From Chitinophagaceae bacterium (GTDB lineage: Bacteria; Bacteroidota; Bacteroidia; Chitinophagales; Chitinophagaceae), in assembly GCA_016703625.1 (NCBI GenBank), contig JADJBP010000001.1, positions 837,129-901,128 of the forward strand: DNA of 64,000 nucleotides. The letters run 5' to 3'. Below the pieces are notes generated by a model. It ran no database searches and was not told the origin of the DNA. It saw nothing but the letters and a program-made list of their open reading frames with translations. The translations under genes and the position numbers were made by a program. Positions 57,764-64,000 of the stretch are shown here, in pieces (within the stretch, counting starts at the first letter, position 1; the number at the start of each line of letters is the position of its first letter).

Positions 57764-58639
57764 CTAAGAAGCCGTTAATGCTTCCAGTGCTTTTTTGATC
57801 ATTTTTTCAACAGCCGCATCACTGTCTTTTGAAAACTCCTTTACCACGCGGTTTGCAATGATGGCATTTACGCTCAGGCATTCATGCCCCATCAGTTTTC
57901 CCAAACCATAAATGGCCGAGGTTTCCATTTCAAAGTTAGTGATTCGGTGATTATTAAAATTGAAATGCGTAAGCCTGTCAACCAGTTCTGGGCTGTTTAA
58001 TCCCAAACGCAATACCCTTCCCTGCGGCCCAAAAAATCCAGGGCAGGTTACCGTTATGCCTTTGTGGAAATGGTCACCGAATTTTTGCAGCAACAGGTCA
58101 CTGCCACTGAATGCGTATGGCCTGGTTATATTCATATCCAAACCGGTTTGTTCTGTAAATGCATTTGCCATTTCCTGATCAGCCGCCGTTTTTTCATACT
58201 TATAAAAATTAAGCAGGTTATCCAGGCCCAATCCATGTGTTGATGCCACAAAACTGTCAACCGGGATATCGGCCTGTAATGAACCCGATGTGCCAAAGCG
58301 GATGATATGTAATTTGGCCAGTTTTTCTTTTATTGTTCTTGTTTCAAAATCAATATTGGCGAGTGCATCAGGTTCGTTAAAAACGATATCAATATTATCG
58401 GGACCGATACCGGTTGAAATAACCGATACATGTTTATTGCCGATATAGCCGGTATGGGTGATGAACTCACGGTGTTGTAACCGGTGTTCTATCTTATCAA
58501 AATGAGCACTTACTTTTTTTACTCTTTCCGGGTCACCAACCACAATAATGGTGTCGGCCAGTTCTTCGGGCCTTACATCCAAATGGTAAATAGCACCACG
58601 GCTGTTGATGATGAGTTCAGATTCTGCGATTCGTTGCAT
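57764..58639 (-). CDS. Nucleoside phosphorylase (PNP/UDP family, uridine-phosphorylase-like)
   Basis: IIVVGDPERV, ISTGIGPDNIDI, RFGTSGSLQ and NFEMETSAIYGL. Confidence 0.85.
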   Translation of the reverse strand: MQRIAESELIINSRGAIYHLDVRPEELADTIIVVGDPERVKKVSAHFDKIEHRLQHREFITHTGYIGNKHVSVISTGIGPDNIDIVFNEPDALANIDFETRTIKEKLAKLHIIRFGTSGSLQADIPVDSFVASTHGLGLDNLLNFYKYEKTAADQEMANAFTEQTGLDMNITRPYAFSGSDLLLQKFGDHFHKGITVTCPGFFGPQGRVLRLGLNSPELVDRLTHFNFNNHRITNFEMETSAIYGLGKLMGHECLSVNAIIANRVVKEFSKDSDAAVEKMIKKALEALTAS

Positions 58640-58764
58640 AAGTTAACCGTTATTGAATAAAGATACCAAAAATGAACCTGAATCATTTTTTTAGATGCTG
58701 TTTGAAGAAAGGCTGTAGCAGATCTGTTTATAATAAATACAACAGGGATCGCAATAAATCCGGT

Positions 58765-59349
58765 TTACTGGGCGATCCTTTTCTGTTTCCGGAGCCGTTT
58801 TGGCCCATACCAAAGCCAGAAACCGGAAATGGTAAGCATGAGTAAAGAAAGGCCCATAATGGTTGTATAGGATAATTTGAACTGGTCATTTTCAGTATTG
58901 AATAATACGTCCAGTATCGTTCCGTCATGTATATTCTCAATGATATCCGACCTTCTCCGTTCAACCAGCAAAACCTTGCCTGTGGTGCCATCCAGCTGAA
59001 TTTCCCAGTAATCATCCGCAAAAACAAATTTCACCATTCCTTTTTGCGGCCTGGCATCGATCCTTTCCAGTTCATCAGAAAGGCCTGCTGATACGGAATC
59101 GTGCAAAGCCTTAACTGCAATGCCCCGGAGGCTGTCGATCGGGAGCCAGGTTTTAAGGTCTTTTGAAATACCTGTTGCAGATGGCGGAAGTATAAGCCCG
59201 CCGGAATTTTTTTTCCATCCAAGCAATAAACCGGACACATAAACAACCAAAAAGAAAGCGAATAAAAAAATGGCGATGGTTCTGTGTATTTTTCTTAAAA
59301 CCCTGATCAGGTTTGCCGGTTTATAGTATCGGGAATTTTTTGTTGTCAT
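58765..59349 (-). CDS. PepSY-domain membrane protein
   Basis: N- and C-terminal TM segments flank ..LRGIAVKALHDS...VKFVFADDYWEIQLDGTTGKVLLVERR (PepSY-like). Confidence 0.7.
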   Translation of the reverse strand: MTTKNSRYYKPANLIRVLRKIHRTIAIFLFAFFLVVYVSGLLLGWKKNSGGLILPPSATGISKDLKTWLPIDSLRGIAVKALHDSVSAGLSDELERIDARPQKGMVKFVFADDYWEIQLDGTTGKVLLVERRRSDIIENIHDGTILDVLFNTENDQFKLSYTTIMGLSLLMLTISGFWLWYGPKRLRKQKRIAQ

Positions 59350-59437
59350 GTAAATATTAATGCTTCATGCTGTTGCCTGATTTAGCACAAGTTACAAATA
59401 ATCTGTTGTGAAACCGGGCTGATACCTGTTATAAACA

Positions 59438-59470
59438 AATGCAGGATCATTGTAAAACTGATCCTGCATT
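59438..59470 (-). terminator. Terminator hairpin after the amidohydrolase operon
   Basis: aatgcaggatca ttgtaaaac tgatcctgcatt forms a perfect 12-bp stem with A/T runs on both sides. Confidence 0.65.
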
Positions 59471-59490
59471 AAAAAAAACATTTAAAATTT

Positions 59491-60798
59491 TTACTTTATC
59501 CCGTACTTCTTTTGATATTTTTCTGCCAGCTGTTTTTGTTTATTATCCAGGTCAACATACCTGCCCTGTATAAACGCATGGTTGATGATATTGGTGCGCA
59601 TTTCAAATATATCCCCTTCGCACACAATAATGTTGGCATCTTTCCCGGTTTCAACGGTACCTGTTTTATCAGCAATGCCCAATATGGTTGCAGCATTTAG
59701 CGTGATGGCAGTAAGGGCTTCTTCCCTGGTGAGGCCGTATGCTACAGCAGTACCGGCATTGAACGAAAGGTTACGGTAACGGCTATTTACATCATCATCC
59801 GTAAAAGTAAATAAAACACCTGCTTTTTGCAGTATGGCCGGCGTTTTATACGGCTGGTCTATATCATCATCAACCATGGTTGGTAAACTATGCAACTGGT
59901 TTAGGATAACAGCCATATTGTGCTGCTTTAATATATCTGCAATTTGCCAGCTGTCAACAGCGCCGGCAAGTACCACATCAAACCCGAATTCTTTTACAAA
60001 ATCAACCGCAATCAGCATTTCCTTTACAAGATTGCAATGGATGAACAGTTTTTGTTTTTTGCTGAATAAATTTCTGACTGCTTCAAATTTCAGGTTGGTT
60101 TGTTCATGTGCGGGTTCTGCCAGGTAAGCTTTTGCTTCACGAAAGAATATTTTTACGTTTTCGATCTGCTCCAGTCCCCTTTTTACCGGGTCTGCTGCAA
60201 CCTGTTGCCCGGGTTGTGCCCCGCCGCCTCTTGCTCCACGGGTCCTGTTTAGTAAAGAGGGCATTCTAAAATGAATGGCTACATCTGTTTTGTATGCTGC
60301 ATCTTCCCAGTTCCAGGCATCCAGTGGTACAACAGATGAAGAACCGGAAATGATACCGCCGGAAGGAATGATATTGGCCAGCAGGATCCCGTTGGTACGC
60401 AGGGTATTGATCACTTTTGAATCGGTGTTGTAAGCCACTATTGAACGGATGCTGGGGTTCATGTCGCCTATTTCTGTTGCGTCTACAGTTGCCCGTACAC
60501 TATTTACTTCAACAAGGCCCAACTGCGATGATGCCAGGATCAAACCGGGATAAATATGTTTTCCATTACAGTTAATAACCCTTGCCCCGGTTGTGGATGC
60601 AGTTGTGCTTACTTCAGTGATTTTTCCATCCTTTAAAACAACGGTCCCGTTACTGATCACCTGCCCGTTGCCAACATGAATGGTGGCATTGGTCAGTGCA
60701 ATGGTTTCTTTTTGTGCTGCAGCAGGTGAAATGGTTTCCTGTGCTACTCCTTTTGTGAATGGCAGCAAACAGGCTATATAAAAAATTATTTTTTTCAT
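59491..60798 (-). CDS. Periplasmic amidohydrolase family protein (435 aa)
   Basis: Signal peptide, NATIHVGNGQVISNGTVVLKDGKI..., PGLI.. and a C-terminal GTVETGKDANIIV pattern typical of metal-dependent amidohydrolases. Confidence 0.8.
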   Translation of the reverse strand: MKKIIFYIACLLPFTKGVAQETISPAAAQKETIALTNATIHVGNGQVISNGTVVLKDGKITEVSTTASTTGARVINCNGKHIYPGLILASSQLGLVEVNSVRATVDATEIGDMNPSIRSIVAYNTDSKVINTLRTNGILLANIIPSGGIISGSSSVVPLDAWNWEDAAYKTDVAIHFRMPSLLNRTRGARGGGAQPGQQVAADPVKRGLEQIENVKIFFREAKAYLAEPAHEQTNLKFEAVRNLFSKKQKLFIHCNLVKEMLIAVDFVKEFGFDVVLAGAVDSWQIADILKQHNMAVILNQLHSLPTMVDDDIDQPYKTPAILQKAGVLFTFTDDDVNSRYRNLSFNAGTAVAYGLTREEALTAITLNAATILGIADKTGTVETGKDANIIVCEGDIFEMRTNIINHAFIQGRYVDLDNKQKQLAEKYQKKYGIK

Positions 60799-60816
60799 GT
60801 GAATTGTTTTTACAGT

Positions 60817-63800
60817 TTAATTATTTTCTTCCAGTTCATCCGCATCAATGGTGAGCAAACCATGATCATGGTTATGGTCGCCGCATGCATGTATCACTTC
60901 AAGCCTGGGCCTGGCCCTTTGCATGCCTGCTGCTCCACCCGGACCGGCAGTTCTTTTTGCAGCGGCTAATTTTTGTACCAGCCTTGCTTTTTCTGCCTGG
61001 TTAAGTTTACGCATAGCCGCATCTTTATCCCGGTCGAAATAAATAATTCCGTCAACCATTGTTTTTTCTGCTTTGGCATAAATGGATAAGGGGTTATCGC
61101 TCCAGATCACCAGGTCGGCGTCCTTACCCACTTTTATACTACCCACTTTTGCATCCACGTGCAGCATTTTTGCCGGGTTGATGGTTACCATTTTCCAGGC
61201 ATCCAGTTCATTGATGCCGCCATATTTTACGATCTTGGCAGCTTCCTGGTTCAGGCGCCTGGCCATTTCTGCATCATCCGAATTGATGGCCACATTCAAC
61301 CCAACTTTTTGCATGATGTATGCATTGTAAGGAATGGCATCCACCACTTCCATTTTATAATTCCACCAGTCGCTGAAGGTAGATACAGCCGCACCGTGTG
61401 TCTTCATCTTGTCGGCAACTTTATAACCTTCCAGGATATGGGTGAACGTGTTTACGGTAAATCCGAATTTTTCGGCCACCTTCATGGCAGCATTGATCTC
61501 GCTTTGTACATACGAGTGGCAGGTTATGAATCTTTTCTTATTCATGATCTCCACCAGGGCTTCCAGTTCCAGGTCACGGCGTACAGTTACCGGCGTACTG
61601 CCTTTTTTCCTGTTGTTTACTTCGGCAGTTTTCCGGCTTGTTTGATAATCAGATGCCCTTTGAAAAGCATCCATCAATACCTGGTCAACGCCCATCCTGC
61701 TGTCGGGGAAACGGGCATTGCCCTGTGTGCTTGAACTTCTTTTTACATTTTCGCCCAGTGCAAATTTGATGAACGGATCGGCACCGGCAAATTTCAGGTC
61801 CTGGTCGTTGGCGCCCCAGCGCAGTTTTATCAATTGCGTTTGTCCGCCAATGGTATTGGCCGATCCGTGCAGGATATGCGAAGATGTTACGCCACCGCTT
61901 AGCTGCCGGTAAATATTGATGTCATCGGGATTGATGTTATCAGCGATCCTCACTTCGGAAGTAACACTTTGCCCGCCCTCGTTGATGGAAGCGGCTGCAA
62001 TGTGTGAATGTTCATAGTTGATGCCTGCGGTAACATGTTTGCCGGTTCCGTCAATAATCCTGGCAGTGGCATCGCCCAGGTTTTTTCCAATAGCTGCTAT
62101 CTTTCCGTTTTTTATCAAAACATCGGTATTCTCCAGTTTACCTTCATTTTCACTGGTCCAGACCGTTGCATTTTTTACCAGTATATTCTCAGCTTTCGGC
62201 ATTTCTTCCCAGCCATAACTTAAAAATGGATAGGTTACTTTCCCGGTTACCAATGGGGGCTTTGGCCTTGCGCTATCCGTTTTTGACACGGGCATTTTAT
62301 CAAAACCGGCTGTCCAGTTAAAAGCATTTCCCTGGGCATCTGTTCCCCTACCGGAGATCGTATTGCCGGATGTGGCGCCGCTCATGATGGTTTCTTTTGC
62401 ATTGGGCCCTCGGCCTTCGGTATAACTGAGTTTAATAAGTTTGCCATCAAAACTGTATTTGCCTGCAATGGTATCCCTGCTGATGAACTGGGCAACACCG
62501 GCATCTTTTAAATCAAGCGTAAAAGCTTTTGTGCCGCCAACTGTATTGGCTAAAAATTTATAGGAACCTTTCAGGTCGTACCAGTTCTCATCTTTAACTG
62601 CATTTTTAATACCCTGTGTCCAGTTTTGCAGGATCACGGTCTTATCAGCAAATACAGGACCGGAGGTAATTAAAAAATTGGCAATTTTGCCGGCATCAAG
62701 GCTTCCGATCTTATCATAAACCCCCAACAGGCTGGCCGGTGCTTTGGTTAATGCATCAAGTGCTTTGGTCTCTGATAAGCCATATTCGATGGCTTTGCGC
62801 AGGTTGGCCATAAATTCGGAACTGTTGGTAAGATCTGCTGTGGTCAGGCAGAAATTAATACCCGCTTTTTCAAAGGCGGCTGCATTGCCCGGGGCAAGTT
62901 CCCAGTGCTTCAGGTCATCCAGGCCAACAAAGCGCAGGTCATTCGGATCATCCACATCCATGGCAGCCGGGAAATTCAATGACACTATAAATGATGCTTT
63001 TGTTTCTGCCATTTCTTTGATTCGCTGGTATTCGTTACCGCCAGCCTTGATAATATATTGTACACCAAACTCATCACCAATTTTATCTGCACGCAGGCTG
63101 TTCCATTTATCATTGGCTTCAAAGATCTGTGGCAGTGCCTGGTTGTCGTTCCAGTATTTTAAAGAAATGTTCACACCTTCGGTAACAGGGGCAGCCATTT
63201 TATACCACTGTGCGTCCAGGTAAGTCTGGCGCAGCAGGGCAATACTGCCCATCAGGGAACTGGGATAACTTTGTGCCGAATTACCGCGGCTGAAAGAATA
63301 ATGTGCCGATGCTTTTTCTTTTACCAGAACAAAATTGTCGGCGTTATTGGCCAGCGTTACAAATGAGCCGGTTCCCCTGGCTATACCGTCTTTCTGGTGG
63401 GTAAGTACCGCGCCAAAACCATTGTCACGTAAAGCTTTTGCTTTGGAATCATCGGCGCTGAATATCTTATATGCCTGCGTTTCACTTTTAATGGCCTGGT
63501 TCCAGCCATATGCACCTTTGTTGTTTGAATTGATCTGTTGTGTTCTGAAAAAACCGGCTGCGCCTCCTGCGGCCTGCTGGCGTTCCTGGGCCGGCATACC
63601 ATAATCACTGTACATATCGATGAATGCAGGATAAATATATTTTCCCCGGCAATCAATTACTACCGCATCTTTTGGTATGGCAATATTGGTTCCAACCATT
63701 TCAATTTTTCCCCTCCGGATCACCATGGTTGCATTTTGTAAAATGGTTTGGGCATCTTTTACGATGACGGCATTGGTAAATGCATAACTGCCGTTTTTTG

Positions 63801-63903
63801 GATCGGCTACATCATTTACCGGGAAAGTTTCCTGGGCATTAATGCGTTGACCTGCGCCTGCAGTTACAATAAGCGCCATCAACAAAAATTTAATTTTTTG
63901 CAT
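60817..63903 (-). CDS. Large periplasmic amidohydrolase family protein (1028 aa)
   Basis: Signal peptide and two amidohydrolase-like halves (NAVIVKDAQ...GKIEMVG..YIYPAFIDMYSDYG and KNATVWTSE..GKIAAIG...TAGINYEHSHI...HILEG..NSDD..GSIKVGKDADLVIW). The tail is His-rich: HACGDHNHDHG. Confidence 0.8.
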   Translation of the reverse strand: MQKIKFLLMALIVTAGAGQRINAQETFPVNDVADPKNGSYAFTNAVIVKDAQTILQNATMVIRRGKIEMVGTNIAIPKDAVVIDCRGKYIYPAFIDMYSDYGMPAQERQQAAGGAAGFFRTQQINSNNKGAYGWNQAIKSETQAYKIFSADDSKAKALRDNGFGAVLTHQKDGIARGTGSFVTLANNADNFVLVKEKASAHYSFSRGNSAQSYPSSLMGSIALLRQTYLDAQWYKMAAPVTEGVNISLKYWNDNQALPQIFEANDKWNSLRADKIGDEFGVQYIIKAGGNEYQRIKEMAETKASFIVSLNFPAAMDVDDPNDLRFVGLDDLKHWELAPGNAAAFEKAGINFCLTTADLTNSSEFMANLRKAIEYGLSETKALDALTKAPASLLGVYDKIGSLDAGKIANFLITSGPVFADKTVILQNWTQGIKNAVKDENWYDLKGSYKFLANTVGGTKAFTLDLKDAGVAQFISRDTIAGKYSFDGKLIKLSYTEGRGPNAKETIMSGATSGNTISGRGTDAQGNAFNWTAGFDKMPVSKTDSARPKPPLVTGKVTYPFLSYGWEEMPKAENILVKNATVWTSENEGKLENTDVLIKNGKIAAIGKNLGDATARIIDGTGKHVTAGINYEHSHIAAASINEGGQSVTSEVRIADNINPDDINIYRQLSGGVTSSHILHGSANTIGGQTQLIKLRWGANDQDLKFAGADPFIKFALGENVKRSSSTQGNARFPDSRMGVDQVLMDAFQRASDYQTSRKTAEVNNRKKGSTPVTVRRDLELEALVEIMNKKRFITCHSYVQSEINAAMKVAEKFGFTVNTFTHILEGYKVADKMKTHGAAVSTFSDWWNYKMEVVDAIPYNAYIMQKVGLNVAINSDDAEMARRLNQEAAKIVKYGGINELDAWKMVTINPAKMLHVDAKVGSIKVGKDADLVIWSDNPLSIYAKAEKTMVDGIIYFDRDKDAAMRKLNQAEKARLVQKLAAAKRTAGPGGAAGMQRARPRLEVIHACGDHNHDHGLLTIDADELEENN

Positions 63904-64000
63904 GCAGATTTGTTTTGATTATTTGTTTGGGCGATAAATATAACAAATGATTACCTGTAATTACGGCCGGTTTTAAAATTATGTTTTGCATAATCATTAA

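Noticed and set aside
1-64000. Frame changes as programmed ribosomal frameshifts or phase-variable switches
   Set aside because: They occur in about 15 unrelated genes, including pyrF, scpB and pepT, and require both +1 and -1 corrections. They lack slippery-heptamer/stimulator contexts. Sequencing error at homopolymers is far more parsimonious.

Overview
This is a 64-kb chromosomal segment that I infer comes from a Bacteroidota genome, probably Chitinophagaceae/Sphingobacteriia-like. The basis is a T9SS C-terminal sorting domain, TPR-HisKA_3 kinases, ExbBD and an AT-leaning composition. No rRNA, tRNA, CRISPR array, integrase or transposase was seen.

Content is mostly housekeeping and catabolic genes:
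- Housekeeping: secA, atpG, scpB, prmC, ribD, pyrF, pepT, nhaA.
- An aerobic kynurenine / 2-aminomuconate cluster: kmo, kynU, a RidA-type deaminase, an aldehyde dehydrogenase, 3-hydroxyanthranilate dioxygenase and ACMSD. gcdH and hbd lie about 10 kb away.
- A nucleoside phosphorylase-deoC-ALDH cluster.
- An operon of secreted fibre-repeat proteins, one with a tail-fibre S74 chaperone domain and one with a T9SS sorting domain, next to a TPR histidine kinase and a LuxR-type regulator.
- An ECF sigma / anti-sigma module, an XRE module and a pair of periplasmic amidohydrolases.

Three window-wide signals stand out:
1. Roughly 20 genes or gene parts are split by 1-nt frame changes that map to mononucleotide runs. 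This is most likely sequencing error, apart from one thioredoxin-like gene with at least 6 breaks.
2. Gene boundaries are decorated with tandem arrays of 7-8-nt units, often followed by an inverted array. One inverted pair brackets a four-helix-bundle (23S-IVS/Avd-type) gene inserted inside the kynurenine operon and reading in frame into ridA.
3. There are several dispersed palindromic elements: a 115-bp MITE-like inverted pair, a 130-nt compound palindrome, and a shared AACTTTGGCAAAG terminator palindrome.

All functional calls come from reading the translations by eye. No database search was run.
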